Positions 19,225-29,256 of a stretch of 64,000 bases of DNA are shown here, one piece after another (positions within the stretch are counted from its first letter, which is position 1; each line of letters starts with the position of its first letter). The stretch is taken from the IMG/VR virus record IMGVR_UViG_3300033153_013649, positions 64,001 to 128,000 of that record; one strand, written 5' to 3'. The notes beneath the pieces are model-generated. The model did not search any database and was not told where the DNA came from. It saw only the letters and a program-made list of their open reading frames with translations. Source of the stretch: a virus. The translations under genes were made by a program, and so were the position numbers.

Positions 19225-20346
19225 ATGAGCACATTAATTTCTGAAGTAACAACTATTAATTCTATTCGTTCTCATCCAAACGCGGACAGACTTGAAATTG
19301 CTACAGTAAAGGGCTGGGATTGTATTGTTCCAAAAAACAAATATGAGACCGGGGATAAAATCATTTATATTCCTATTGATGCAGTATTAACTCAAGAATT
19401 TGCGGAGTTAATAGGGGTAGATAATTATCTTTCTAAAGGAAGAGTTCGAACCATAAAACTTCGAGGTGAATATTCCCAGGGATTAATAATCGATGTTGTT
19501 CATTATTGTAATAAATTTATGGAAAAAAATCCGAACGCTACTCCAGTATTTCCAGATCAGATTGCGCTTGGAACAAATGTAACAGAAATGCTCGATATTA
19601 CAAAATATGAACCTCCGCTCCCTCCAGTTGAATTCCGTGGAAAAATGAGAAATAGAAATCCATTTTTCAGTAAATATATAAGCATTGAAAATATTAAGAA
19701 TTTTCCAGATATATTTAAAGAGGGAGAAGAAGTATTAATTAGTGAAAAGTTACATGGAACAAATAGTAGATTCGGGATTGTTAGAAATGAAAATGATCCA
19801 GAAGTTTTAGAATTTCGTGTTGGTTCTCATAATATAGATTTATGTGAAACAGAATCTAATATATATTGGAAGATCGCTAGAAAATTTGATATAAAGAAAA
19901 GATTAATTTCTTGGGTTGATTCTTATAATAAACGGTTAGATATATTTCCTCTTCCCGGAGTTGAAAAGATAAAACAATTTATTTTTTATGGTGAAATCTA
20001 TGGTCCTGGAATTCAGAAAGGAATGCATTATGGTCTTTCTGAACCCGGTATAAGATTTTTTGACATTGAATTTAATGGTAAATATCTCGAAACAGATCAA
20101 ACTAGATTAATTCTTGATTCTCTTAATTTAGATTATGTACCAGTACTTTATGAAGGACCTTGGAAAAAGGAATTAATGGATCTTGCAAATGGCTTATCTA
20201 CTATTTGTAAAGATCATATTCGAGAAGGAATTGTTATTCGTCCTAAGATTCAGAATAAAAGCTGGGAACATATAAAATTAAAGAAGAAGATTTTAAAACA
20301 TATTTCTGAAAAATACCTACTTAAAGATTATGGAGATAATCATTAA
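19225..20346 (+). CDS. RNA ligase, DRB0094 family (N-terminal OB domain plus Rnl2-like)
   Basis: HPNADRLE, LRGEYSQGL, EKLHGTN, YGEIYGPGIQ, FFDI, REGIV. Confidence 0.92.
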   Translation: MSTLISEVTTINSIRSHPNADRLEIATVKGWDCIVPKNKYETGDKIIYIPIDAVLTQEFAELIGVDNYLSKGRVRTIKLRGEYSQGLIIDVVHYCNKFMEKNPNATPVFPDQIALGTNVTEMLDITKYEPPLPPVEFRGKMRNRNPFFSKYISIENIKNFPDIFKEGEEVLISEKLHGTNSRFGIVRNENDPEVLEFRVGSHNIDLCETESNIYWKIARKFDIKKRLISWVDSYNKRLDIFPLPGVEKIKQFIFYGEIYGPGIQKGMHYGLSEPGIRFFDIEFNGKYLETDQTRLILDSLNLDYVPVLYEGPWKKELMDLANGLSTICKDHIREGIVIRPKIQNKSWEHIKLKKKILKHISEKYLLKDYGDNH

Positions 20347-20386
20347 ATACTTTTTCTATAGAAAATCTTAATTAATAAATATTAAT

Positions 20387-21235
20387 ATGAAAAAGTTTAG
20401 TAAAATTCTTTTAGAAAAAGAAACTACCGATCGAAAAATTCGCAAAGAAGCCGAAACTATTTACAACAAAATTATTCGGATTATAAACTCCAAAAAGGAA
20501 AAAATTCAACAATATCAAGAAGGATTTAGTTTAGAATTAGGAAAAATTGATCCTAAATATAAAAAAACGGGGTTAATATTTCAAGTTGGTAGAATTTCAG
20601 ATAAGCCAGGGGAGCTTGCTGTTTTTGCTAGTCCTGGTGCACTAGCTGGACCAGTAAATAATATTCCTTCTATTAATATGTTTATTCTTCCGGACAAATG
20701 GGATTATCTTATAGCATTAAAAGAAATAAAATCTGATCGATCTAAAGTAGCTTTTATTCATGAGTATATTCATTATTATGATTGGTCAAATCATCCAGAT
20801 GCTTTTGAAAAGGAATCTAGAATATCTGCAATGTCGTACATGAAAAGCTCTGAAAAACTCAATTATTATAATTCAAATCCAGAATTTAATGCTTATTATC
20901 AAACAGGTATCAAATGTATAGAATTACAACTAAAAGAACTTCTTAAATCAAAATATAAAGAGTATGGTATTGAACTTGCTTATAAAGTGTTTCCTATAGA
21001 TATTAATGATTTCCTTCATAATAATATTGATAAATATTTTCATGTTCCATGGCTTAAAGCTTTGAATTTTAAGAATCAAAAGAAGTTTTTAAAGAGATTA
21101 GCAGATTATTATATTGATCTTCACGAAAGACTTTCTAGAACTTATAATGAAGGTCAGAAAAAACTTCCTAAGATTAAAAAATTTGCTAAAAACGCAGATC
21201 CAAAAAAATTCAAAAATAATCAAAAAAAGTGTTGA
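20387..21235 (+). CDS. HExxH metallopeptidase-like protein, probable internal head protein
   Basis: FIHEYIHYYD, Y.S.PEFNAY; N-terminus MKKFSKILLE. Confidence 0.55.
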   Translation: MKKFSKILLEKETTDRKIRKEAETIYNKIIRIINSKKEKIQQYQEGFSLELGKIDPKYKKTGLIFQVGRISDKPGELAVFASPGALAGPVNNIPSINMFILPDKWDYLIALKEIKSDRSKVAFIHEYIHYYDWSNHPDAFEKESRISAMSYMKSSEKLNYYNSNPEFNAYYQTGIKCIELQLKELLKSKYKEYGIELAYKVFPIDINDFLHNNIDKYFHVPWLKALNFKNQKKFLKRLADYYIDLHERLSRTYNEGQKKLPKIKKFAKNADPKKFKNNQKKC

Positions 21236-21260
21236 CAAGTACAGGATTTTTTAGTATATT
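21232..21260 (+). promoter_or_regulatory. sigma70-type early promoter
   Basis: TTGACA..TTTAGTATATT. Confidence 0.8.
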
Positions 21261-21310
21261 ATATACGATTGATTAAGAGAGAAGAAAAATCCAACAAGAG
21301 GAGAAGAAAA

Positions 21311-21769
21311 ATGGCTGGTAAAATAACCAAACTTACTCGTAATAATGTTGACAAGATTTATGATGAACTTCAGGCCGAATTGGATAAAGTTGGCAATAGG
21401 ATGGGTGTTAGTTTAAAACTTGGAAATTGTACTATTGATCTCGATGAAGGTTCAATAGTTTTTAAGAAATTCCGGCTTCAGGTTGATGATCAGATCGATG
21501 AATCAGTTCCTGAAAATTGGCGCGATAATCCAAAAATGGTCAGTCATTGGAACGAGTATAGAGATACAGCTTCTCGTAAAGGTCTCCCGGCGACAGCTCA
21601 GGGAAAAACTTTCGAGCATAGAGGTGACGTAGTTATGGTAGCTGGTTATAATAGAAAAGCTTATAAAAGACCGGTTATGCTTCTGATCGTTGGTGATAGA
21701 AATGGCGCATATTACTCATTACCGCTGGAATACGCAAAGAAAATTTTTAAAGAAAAAGGTCTTTGTTAA
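21311..21769 (+). CDS. hypothetical early protein
   Basis: GAGGAG RBS before ATG 21311. Confidence 0.7.
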   Translation: MAGKITKLTRNNVDKIYDELQAELDKVGNRMGVSLKLGNCTIDLDEGSIVFKKFRLQVDDQIDESVPENWRDNPKMVSHWNEYRDTASRKGLPATAQGKTFEHRGDVVMVAGYNRKAYKRPVMLLIVGDRNGAYYSLPLEYAKKIFKEKGLC

Positions 21770-21975
21770 TGACTCGTTATAATAAAAAGTTTGAAAAGAA
21801 TTCATCGGTCGTCGCAGTTAACGAAATTGATTGCGGCGGCTACACTGTTCCGAAAGGATCAGTAGGTCGTTTTATCTGGGAAAGAGATTTCGATCCCGGA
21901 AAGGGTGGACAAGACGTAGCTATATTTTTTCCTTGTATTGAAAAAAAGGTTATAGTTGATAAATTGACAAATTGA
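21763..21975 (+). CDS. hypothetical protein
   Basis: ORF coupled to the previous one. Confidence 0.55.
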   Translation: MLMTRYNKKFEKNSSVVAVNEIDCGGYTVPKGSVGRFIWERDFDPGKGGQDVAIFFPCIEKKVIVDKLTN

Positions 21976-21988
21976 TAATCATATTTAG

Positions 21989-22223
21989 GAGAATATTCTC
22001 CGCGCGACTTCTCAGTATGGAATCCTGAAGTTGACAATTAAGAGATCACGCCTGGGAGTAGTGTTAGTAGGAATTGGGAAGTTCCGAAATCATCGCGAGA
22101 TGAGCGTACTGATTTCCACCATAGGCCTGGTGTTTGACCAGCGTCCTATGCGGTTAGAATCATCTTTATCTGGAGAGAGCATGGTACCTACTCGAATCCA
22201 GGGTCTGCGCGGAGAATATTCTC
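21989..22223 (+). ncRNA. candidate ~235 nt structured ncRNA of unknown class
   Basis: Perfect 17 bp terminal stem GAGAATATTCTCCGCGC/GCGCGGAGAATATTCTC, several internal hairpins, GC-rich, followed by a T-tract. Confidence 0.6.
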
Positions 22224-22242
22224 ATTTTTTTGCAAAAAAGTA

Positions 22243-22271
22243 TTGACAAATACGAAATAATTTAGTATATT
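22243..22271 (+). promoter_or_regulatory. sigma70-type early promoter
   Basis: TTGACAAATACGAAATAATTTAGTATATT, identical to the 9775 copy. Confidence 0.8.
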
Positions 22272-22299
22272 ATATAGAAGATAATAAAACGAGAAGAAA

Positions 22300-22476
22300 A
22301 TGGAAATCAAATATTTCAAAAATGATCGGAAAACATCGATCATTAAAGATATTGGATTAAAAGATGCACGATCTTTAATAGAAAAGCGCTCCCTTAATTC
22401 CAGAAACTTTACTTCCTATTTTCGTTCGAAAGTAAAATCAATAGTTTATAAAGAATATATTGGTAATATTAACTAA
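22300..22476 (+). CDS. small hypothetical protein (58 aa, not in ORF track)
   Basis: ATG after promoter with GAGAAG; MEIKYFKNDRK... Confidence 0.5.
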   Translation: MEIKYFKNDRKTSIIKDIGLKDARSLIEKRSLNSRNFTSYFRSKVKSIVYKEYIGNIN

Positions 22477-22545
22477 TTAAAGAGAAAAAAAGTTCCGAAT
22501 TCTCTTCGAACCGGGAAAGAAAAAGAATATTAAATAATTAATTAT

Positions 22546-23940
22546 ATGAAGAAATCAACTACAGAAAAAGAAACTAAACTTCTTGATCTTATTAGAAGAG
22601 AAATTAAAGGAACTAAATTTGAAGATAAAGTATTCCTCGTAGGGGGAGCTGTAAGAGACGAAATTATGGGAAGTAAAAATTTTAAAGATCTTGATTTTAT
22701 AGTAAATCTTGAAAACGGAGGAATTCTTTTTGCTGAATGGATTACTAAAAGATTCAATTCTTTTAAAGATAGATCAAATCCAATAATTTTTCCGAAATTC
22801 GGAACAGCTAAATTTAATCTTTATATCTGCGGATATGAAGATATTGAAATTGAAGCTGTTATGCCTCGTCAAGAGAATTATGCAAATTCAAGAAAACCAG
22901 AAGTTCAATTTGCTAGTCTTCGCGTGGACGCGCTTAGACGGGATTTTAGTATGAATACTCTTATGAAAAACATTTCTACTAGAAAAATTATTGATCCTCT
23001 TGGAAAAGGATTTAATGATATACATGATCAAATAATCGATACTTCTTCCGATCCAGATATTATTTTTAAAGATGATCCTCTTAGAATGCTTAGAGCTATT
23101 AGATTTTATGCTAAACTCGGTTTTAGAATTTCTGATAGACTTCTTAATGGAATCAAAAGAAATTCTCATTTTCTTGAAAGTATTTCTCAAGAAAGAATTC
23201 AAGAGGAATTTAATCAAATTCTTCTTACTAATAGAACTTCTGAAGCATTAAGAATCATGCTTTCAACTGGACTTATGAATTATATAATTCCTGAATTACT
23301 CGAATTAGATGGTCTAGAGCAAACTTATCACCATCAATGGGATGCTTTAGAACATACTCTTAGAACTGTTGAAAATACTTCTCCCAAATTGATGAGAAGA
23401 ATGGGAGCTCTTCTTCATGATATTGCTAAGGCAAGAGTTAGATCTATTACTGAAGACGGTAAATTTCATTTTTTTGATCATCAAACAGAAGGAGAAAAAC
23501 TTGCTGAAGAAATTCTTATTAGATTGAAATATTCTAGTAATTTTATTAAAGGAATAAAAACGATTGTTAAGAATCACATGAGATTTAAAATGAGTAAGAC
23601 TCATTCTGATAAATTACTTAGAAAATTTAGAACGGATGTTGGAGAATATTTTGAAGCAGTTCTTGATGTTATTCATGCAGATAATATTTCTCATGGAAAC
23701 GGGTTTAATTTGCCAAATCAAATTCCTGAAATCAGGAAAAGATTTATTAATCTTGATGATCAAAAATCTGAACCTAATCTTCCGATCAATGGTAATGATA
23801 TAATGGAGATTCTTAGAATTTCTCCTGGTCCTGAAGTTGGGAAAGTTCTTAATCTTGTAAAAGAAGCTTGGTTTGAAAATCCTGATATAACGAAAAAAGA
23901 GGCAATTGAAATAATTAAAAGAGTCGTAAAGAAGACATAA
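22546..23940 (+). CDS. cca: class II tRNA nucleotidyltransferase (CCA-adding) with HD domain
   Basis: VGGAVRD..DLD, RRDFSMN, DDPLRMLRAIRF, SQERI.EE, LLHDIAK. Confidence 0.92.
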   Translation: MKKSTTEKETKLLDLIRREIKGTKFEDKVFLVGGAVRDEIMGSKNFKDLDFIVNLENGGILFAEWITKRFNSFKDRSNPIIFPKFGTAKFNLYICGYEDIEIEAVMPRQENYANSRKPEVQFASLRVDALRRDFSMNTLMKNISTRKIIDPLGKGFNDIHDQIIDTSSDPDIIFKDDPLRMLRAIRFYAKLGFRISDRLLNGIKRNSHFLESISQERIQEEFNQILLTNRTSEALRIMLSTGLMNYIIPELLELDGLEQTYHHQWDALEHTLRTVENTSPKLMRRMGALLHDIAKARVRSITEDGKFHFFDHQTEGEKLAEEILIRLKYSSNFIKGIKTIVKNHMRFKMSKTHSDKLLRKFRTDVGEYFEAVLDVIHADNISHGNGFNLPNQIPEIRKRFINLDDQKSEPNLPINGNDIMEILRISPGPEVGKVLNLVKEAWFENPDITKKEAIEIIKRVVKKT

Positions 23941-23962
23941 TATTCTTTTTATAGTAATAAGA

Positions 23963-24496
23963 ATGGCTAAAATATTTTTTTCAAAAGATGGTAAATATCG
24001 ATATTTTATTATTAAAACTTGGGATAAAAGTAAGCCTAGAATTATGTTTATTATGCTTAATCCCTCAACAAAGCACGATTTAGATTCGCCTAATGCTCTT
24101 TCAAAGTGTATTGAATATGCTAAAATTTGGGATTATGGGTCGATTTGTATTGTTAATATATTTGCCTTTCGATCAAATACCCCTACTGGATTATATTCTG
24201 AAAGGGATCCAATCGGTCCGGAAAATGATAAATTTATAAAAATATTTGCAAAACATGTTGATATGATTTTACTTGGTTGGGGAAATCATGGAATCTATAA
24301 GAATAGAGGAAAAGAAATATTAAAATTATTAAAACCTTTTGAAAATAAATTATATTGTCTAGATTTGAATAAAAGCGGGGAACCTCGTCATCCTTTATAT
24401 CTTTCCGAAAGTTTAATTCCTAGAAAATATGAATTAGAAAATAAACTTCATGTTAAATCAAAATTTTCAAAATTATTAAAAAAGGAGAAATTATGA
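23963..24496 (+). CDS. DUF1643 family protein
   Basis: FS.DGKYRY, FIMLNPST, VNIFAFRS, GWG, PRHPLY. Confidence 0.9.
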   Translation: MAKIFFSKDGKYRYFIIKTWDKSKPRIMFIMLNPSTKHDLDSPNALSKCIEYAKIWDYGSICIVNIFAFRSNTPTGLYSERDPIGPENDKFIKIFAKHVDMILLGWGNHGIYKNRGKEILKLLKPFENKLYCLDLNKSGEPRHPLYLSESLIPRKYELENKLHVKSKFSKLLKKEKL

Positions 24497-24750
24497 AAGT
24501 GATTGGTAAAACCTTGATTCTAGAAGACACTGATATTTGTAAAGCTTCTAAAGATAAGAGTTTAGGGGAACTTTTGTTGGAAGATTTTAAAGTTTCAGTA
24601 AATTCTATTTATGATTATGATACGATTCTTCTTCAATATGGAAGGATGATTGTATTTTTCAAATTCCGGAACGATAAAAATATTATGAAAATGGGAGAGG
24701 TTTTCGCTAATATTTCAGATCTTAAATTAATCGATCGCGAATATGTCTAA
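24493..24750 (+). CDS. hypothetical protein
   Basis: ORF with AGGAG RBS. Confidence 0.6.
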   Translation: MKVIGKTLILEDTDICKASKDKSLGELLLEDFKVSVNSIYDYDTILLQYGRMIVFFKFRNDKNIMKMGEVFANISDLKLIDREYV

Positions 24751-24757
24751 AAAAAGG

Positions 24758-24787
24758 TTGACAAACTAGACTAAATTAAAGTATATT
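24758..24787 (+). promoter_or_regulatory. sigma70-type promoter for uvsX/gp41
   Basis: TTGACAAA...AGTATATT. Confidence 0.7.
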
Positions 24788-24813
24788 ATTATATTATAAT
24801 ATAGAGGATAATT

Positions 24814-26016
24814 ATGCTTGAAAGTAAATTTTTAAAAGATTTAAAAAAATCTCAAGGGGAAAGAACAATAATAGGATTCAATATGGCGCCAGAAGTAGCT
24901 GACGATAATTGGTTTTCTACTGGTTCTAAGATGCTTGATATGCAAATGAACGGGGGGAAATTAAATTTAGGAGGAGTTCCCGGAGGAAAGATTTCAGTTT
25001 TTGCTGGTCCAAAAACTTGTGGAAAGACTTATTTTGCTTCTCAAGTAATAAAGGATTTTTTGGAAAAAGAACCCCTCGGAATAGCTTTGTATTATGATAC
25101 AGAGGAAGCAATGACTCCAGCGAGACTTTTTAATTCTGGAATTTCGAAAGAAAACATCGAAAGATGTATTATTGTTCCGATTGTTACTCAAGAAGAATTA
25201 TGGTTAAAAGTTGCAGAAGCTTATAGAAATATTGAAACAGAAAACGTAAGGATCATGATTGTTGTAGATTCAGTTGGTGGGTTATCTTCTCAAGCTGCTT
25301 TTAATGATATTGAAATAGGGAATATTCCAAAAGCTTCTATGGGTAGAGAACAAAAAATGAACAAAGAAATCGCAAAATATATTATGCATAAAGCAAATTC
25401 TGGAAATCATGGTCCTTGTATTCTTATTTCTCATGTTTATAAAGATCTTAATGCTCCAAATCCAAAATATGCTACGAATGTTATTTCAGGGGGAGAAGGG
25501 ATTGGATATTTTAATTCGAACACTGTAATTTTTACTAGATCAAAATATAAAGAAGAAAAAGATTCATCAATACATGAAGTAAATGGAATTTTAGTAAGAT
25601 CAATTATTACTAAATCTAGACTTGCTCGAGAAGAAACGATTACTCAATCTCTTATTCATTTTAACAGAGGTGTTATTCCATATTTCGGATTCGTTTCAAT
25701 GTTAGAACAAGCCGGATTTTTATGGAAAGCCGGAAATAAATATCAGCTCGATGGTCCGAATCCAGATTATGTAAAAAATTCTAAGAAACCAAATGAAAGA
25801 TACCCGGGTCTTGGACCAACATATTGGGCAAAAGAATTAAACGCGAATGCTTCTCTTATCCAAGAGCCTCTCAAAAAACTTGAACCTTGGACAATTAAAC
25901 AATTTGCAATTGGAAAATTAAGTATGTCTACAAATGACGAATCTCTCGAAGTTCCTGAAAGTACTTTGGATTTTAGTAGAGTTGATGAAGATGAAATTTC
26001 AAGTACAGGGAAATAA
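24814..26016 (+). CDS. uvsX: RecA-like recombinase
   Basis: STGS, AGPKTCGKT, YDTE, VVDSVGGL, SGGEG, KSRL. Confidence 0.92.
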   Translation: MLESKFLKDLKKSQGERTIIGFNMAPEVADDNWFSTGSKMLDMQMNGGKLNLGGVPGGKISVFAGPKTCGKTYFASQVIKDFLEKEPLGIALYYDTEEAMTPARLFNSGISKENIERCIIVPIVTQEELWLKVAEAYRNIETENVRIMIVVDSVGGLSSQAAFNDIEIGNIPKASMGREQKMNKEIAKYIMHKANSGNHGPCILISHVYKDLNAPNPKYATNVISGGEGIGYFNSNTVIFTRSKYKEEKDSSIHEVNGILVRSIITKSRLAREETITQSLIHFNRGVIPYFGFVSMLEQAGFLWKAGNKYQLDGPNPDYVKNSKKPNERYPGLGPTYWAKELNANASLIQEPLKKLEPWTIKQFAIGKLSMSTNDESLEVPESTLDFSRVDEDEISSTGK

Positions 26017-27398
26017 TGATAGAATTAAACGGTATTATAATAAGTAAGTTGCTTTCTGATAAGGAATATGCTAAAGATGTAATTCCTTATCTTAAAGAGG
26101 AATATTTTGATGAACCAAATGATAAAAGAATAGTTAAACTTATTCTCGAACATTATCATCAATTTAAAACTTCTCCTTCTTCTGATGATATTGAACTTGA
26201 TCTTAGAAAATTACCAGAAAATTTAGTTGAAGATGCAATAAGTAGACTATTAGAAATTAAAGAAATTCATAATACTGAATTAAATAAAGAAAAACTTCTT
26301 AAAAATACAGAAAGATGGATTCAAGAAACTTCTGTTCAGAATGCTATTATAAAATGTGCAAGAGAAATTCAAGAAGGAAATGTTAAATCTTTTGATCATT
26401 TTCCAAAAGTTCTAAAAGAAGCTTTATCAGTAGCTTTTGATAAATCGATCGGTCTAGATTTCAAAGATCCGAATTGTATAAGGGAAAGATATAAAAAATA
26501 TGTAATAAAACCAGAAAAAATAAAATTAGGAATTGATAGATTCAATTTTATAACTGATGGTGGATATGAATATTCGACTCTTAATCTTTATATAGCTCCA
26601 ACAAATGTTGGGAAAACCTGGAAATTAATTGATGATTCAGCTTCTTTAATTAAACTTGGATATAATGTATTATACGTAACCCTTGAGATGTCAGAAGATA
26701 ATATAATGCAAAGAATAGAAGCTAATCTATTCGAATTACCAACTTCTGAATTTAAGAATTTAACACTTAAGGAATATGCTAACTATTTAAGATCAATTAA
26801 AGCAAAAGCAGGGAAAAAGTTGGGAAGATTATTTGTAAAAGAATATCCTACTGGATATGCTACAGTAGCAAATTTAAGTCTTCTTTTAGATGAACTTGAG
26901 CTGAAGAAAAATTTTATTCCTCATGTTTTAATAGTTGATTATATGGGAATTATGAAACCCTTAGAACCTCGATGGGCGAATTCGTATGAAAAACAAAAAA
27001 TTATATCAGAAGAACTTAGAGGATTAATGGTAGAAAGAAAAATTTGTTGTATTTCTGCTATTCAAACAAATAGAGAGGGATATAATGTTTCTGATTTTAA
27101 TCTTACAGCTACTTCTGAATGCCTTGACTTTTCGACATTAGTAAAAAAGAAAGTTAATAATAAATATGAAAATATTAAAATAATTGATTTAAAAGAAGGA
27201 GATATAATAAAGGGAAATAATAAAGATGTTAAGGTTAAAAGAATTTTCCCTATAAAAATTAAGAAAGCTTATAGGATTAAATTAAAATCAGGAAAAGAAA
27301 TTATTTGTTCAGCAGATCATAAATTTCCAACATCTGAAGGTATTGGAACAATTAATAATGGGAAAATAAAAATAGGAACAAAACTTAATTCCCAATAA
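26016..27398 (+). CDS. DnaB-like replicative helicase gp41, N-fragment ending in split intein IntN
   Basis: APTNVGKT, TLEMSE, KEYPT, VDYMGIM, SAIQTNREG, then TSE|CLDFST...CSADHKF. Confidence 0.93.
   Translation: MIELNGIIISKLLSDKEYAKDVIPYLKEEYFDEPNDKRIVKLILEHYHQFKTSPSSDDIELDLRKLPENLVEDAISRLLEIKEIHNTELNKEKLLKNTERWIQETSVQNAIIKCAREIQEGNVKSFDHFPKVLKEALSVAFDKSIGLDFKDPNCIRERYKKYVIKPEKIKLGIDRFNFITDGGYEYSTLNLYIAPTNVGKTWKLIDDSASLIKLGYNVLYVTLEMSEDNIMQRIEANLFELPTSEFKNLTLKEYANYLRSIKAKAGKKLGRLFVKEYPTGYATVANLSLLLDELELKKNFIPHVLIVDYMGIMKPLEPRWANSYEKQKIISEELRGLMVERKICCISAIQTNREGYNVSDFNLTATSECLDFSTLVKKKVNNKYENIKIIDLKEGDIIKGNNKDVKVKRIFPIKIKKAYRIKLKSGKEIICSADHKFPTSEGIGTINNGKIKIGTKLNSQ
27120..27395 (+). other. 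split intein N-part (92 aa), gp41-1-like
   Basis: Block A CLDFSTLV; block B GKEIICSADHKFPT. Confidence 0.9.
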
Positions 27399-27458
27399 TT
27401 GCTCGTTTAAAAATCTTAATATTGATTATTATTAATAAAGGTAAGGGGTTTATTTTAA

Positions 27459-27854
27459 ATGCAATGGAATGATGAAATAGTTTCGATTGAAGAATTAGAT
27501 GAAAGAGAATTAATTGACATTGAAGTATCAGGTGATCATTTATTTTATGCAAATGGAATCTTAACAAAAAATAGTATCGGAACTCCCATGATCGCTGATT
27601 TTATTGCAGCAATGATTAGAAGTGAAGAACTTGACGAAGTAAATGAAATATTTATAAAAGTTTTAAAAAATCGTTATTCCCCTTTTGTAAATAGAAAATT
27701 TATTCTTGGAACAAATCTAGTACTTCAAAAATTTTTCGATATAGATCAAGATCCAAGTTCAGATTTATCAGAAGAAGCTATAAAGAAATTTAAAAATAAT
27801 ATAAAAGAAAAGGTTTCAAAAAAGAAATTTGAAATTGAAAAACCAGGAAGATAA
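27459..27854 (+). CDS. split intein IntC (38 aa, 27459-27572) plus gp41 helicase C-fragment
   Basis: IEELDERELIDIEVSGDHLFYANGILTKN|SIGTPMIADF...LKNRY. Confidence 0.92.
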   Translation: MQWNDEIVSIEELDERELIDIEVSGDHLFYANGILTKNSIGTPMIADFIAAMIRSEELDEVNEIFIKVLKNRYSPFVNRKFILGTNLVLQKFFDIDQDPSSDLSEEAIKKFKNNIKEKVSKKKFEIEKPGR

Positions 27855-27923
27855 CGTATAGAGAAATTTTAAATAGAATTTTAATAAGTCGATAAATTAA
27901 ATAGTTAAATAAGAGGGGATATT

Positions 27924-28382
27924 ATGAATATTGGATTTTGTTTCTATCGTTTTGGTATCGATTTTGGTATCGGTATAGGGACTAGTAAAGACGACTACTT
28001 TTTTAGATTATCGATTGGTCGTTGGGATTTCTATAAATGGTCTTTGTTTAAAAGAAGTTTCGTACATTTTTGGCAAAGAATAAGATGGGGATTCGATGAT
28101 TCAGATCTCTGGAGTTTATGTGATACCTTTACTAAATTTATTCTTCCTCGTTTAAAAAGATTTGTAGATTCTGGACCGGGTGGATATCCAGGAGGGCCTG
28201 GATTCGAAGATCCAGGAGGATATGAAAAATGGGTAGTTATTCTTAATAAAATGGTTAGAGCTTTTGAATTAATGGAAGCAGATGAATTTCTTGATACTCG
28301 GGAGGAAAGAAATAAAAGAAATGAAGAAATTCAACTAGGCTTAAAATATTTTGCAAAATATTATCAACAACTTTGGGATTAA
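27924..28382 (+). CDS. conserved phage hypothetical protein
   Basis: QRIRWGFDDSDLWSL...GLKYFAKYYQQLWD. Confidence 0.7.
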   Translation: MNIGFCFYRFGIDFGIGIGTSKDDYFFRLSIGRWDFYKWSLFKRSFVHFWQRIRWGFDDSDLWSLCDTFTKFILPRLKRFVDSGPGGYPGGPGFEDPGGYEKWVVILNKMVRAFELMEADEFLDTREERNKRNEEIQLGLKYFAKYYQQLWD

Positions 28383-28395
28383 TGAAATCAAAATT

Positions 28396-28403
28396 TATAA
28401 ATA
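28396..28403 (+). promoter_or_regulatory. T4-type late promoter
   Basis: Intergenic TATAAATA. Confidence 0.55.
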
Positions 28404-28426
28404 AATAATATAAAAGAAGAAAAGTA

Positions 28427-28804
28427 ATGATGTATAATATTCTGGAATATTCTCATAAGAAAATTGTTCCGAAATCGCTTAATAATTTTAAAGATTCTGA
28501 TTTTAGAAAACAAGTAGTTTTAAATTTTAGAGGAGAAGTTTTTTCAGAATATAATATGAATATGTTTTACAAGCATATTCGTAATATAAATTTATGTTTG
28601 AATAAGTTAGCAAAACAATTTAAAGCTTCAACGTTTGAGAGTTTAAAAAATTCTGTAACGTTTCTTTATTTAAATTATCTAGAGAGTTTCATAGATTCTA
28701 TTTTAGGACATTATTTTCATACTACTTCTAAAGATCCGGAAAAACAGAAAATATTAGATAAAATAATAAAAGACATTTTTAATGAAGGTTGTTTAGATGG
28801 ATGA
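28427..28804 (+). CDS. hypothetical protein
   Basis: ORF after late promoter. Confidence 0.6.
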   Translation: MMYNILEYSHKKIVPKSLNNFKDSDFRKQVVLNFRGEVFSEYNMNMFYKHIRNINLCLNKLAKQFKASTFESLKNSVTFLYLNYLESFIDSILGHYFHTTSKDPEKQKILDKIIKDIFNEGCLDG

Positions 28805-29210
28805 AGGGGAAAAAATAAGAATAACTAGTAATTTAACTTTTAAACAAGTTTATGATCTATCTAGGTTAATGTATGCTGATTTTAAAGATTGGAATGCGTA
28901 TGCTCAAGGGATAATCGACGAGGAAGGTAAACTTTTAATAAAAGGTCGACTTAATTGGGCAGAAATCTGGGTTAGAAATTTAAAATTACTTCTTCTGAAG
29001 TCGACCATCGTTAAGGGACGTTGGGGCCAGCGTATTTTCGATGCTAATACTTGGAGATTTATCAGATTCCTGAAGGAATCTAAGAAGATTGATCCATTTT
29101 TAGCAACTACTTCTTTAACTGAAGCTGAAGCGCAGAAATTTATTTTTACTGAAAAAGGAAAGAAATTGAATCAGTTATTAGAAGATATAAAATACGATAG
29201 ATATAGGTAG
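28797..29210 (+). CDS. T4-like conserved hypothetical protein
   Basis: F.DW.AY..GIIDEEGK motif typical of a T4-like conserved ORF. Confidence 0.6.
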   Translation: MDEGEKIRITSNLTFKQVYDLSRLMYADFKDWNAYAQGIIDEEGKLLIKGRLNWAEIWVRNLKLLLLKSTIVKGRWGQRIFDANTWRFIRFLKESKKIDPFLATTSLTEAEAQKFIFTEKGKKLNQLLEDIKYDRYR

Positions 29211-29256
29211 CTAAAAATACAGATTTCATAAATAGTTGTATAGAAAGAAATTTTAT

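Noticed and set aside
22031-22246. 71 aa ORF
   Set aside because: Weak TTG start, atypical composition, and it lies within the structured RNA candidate
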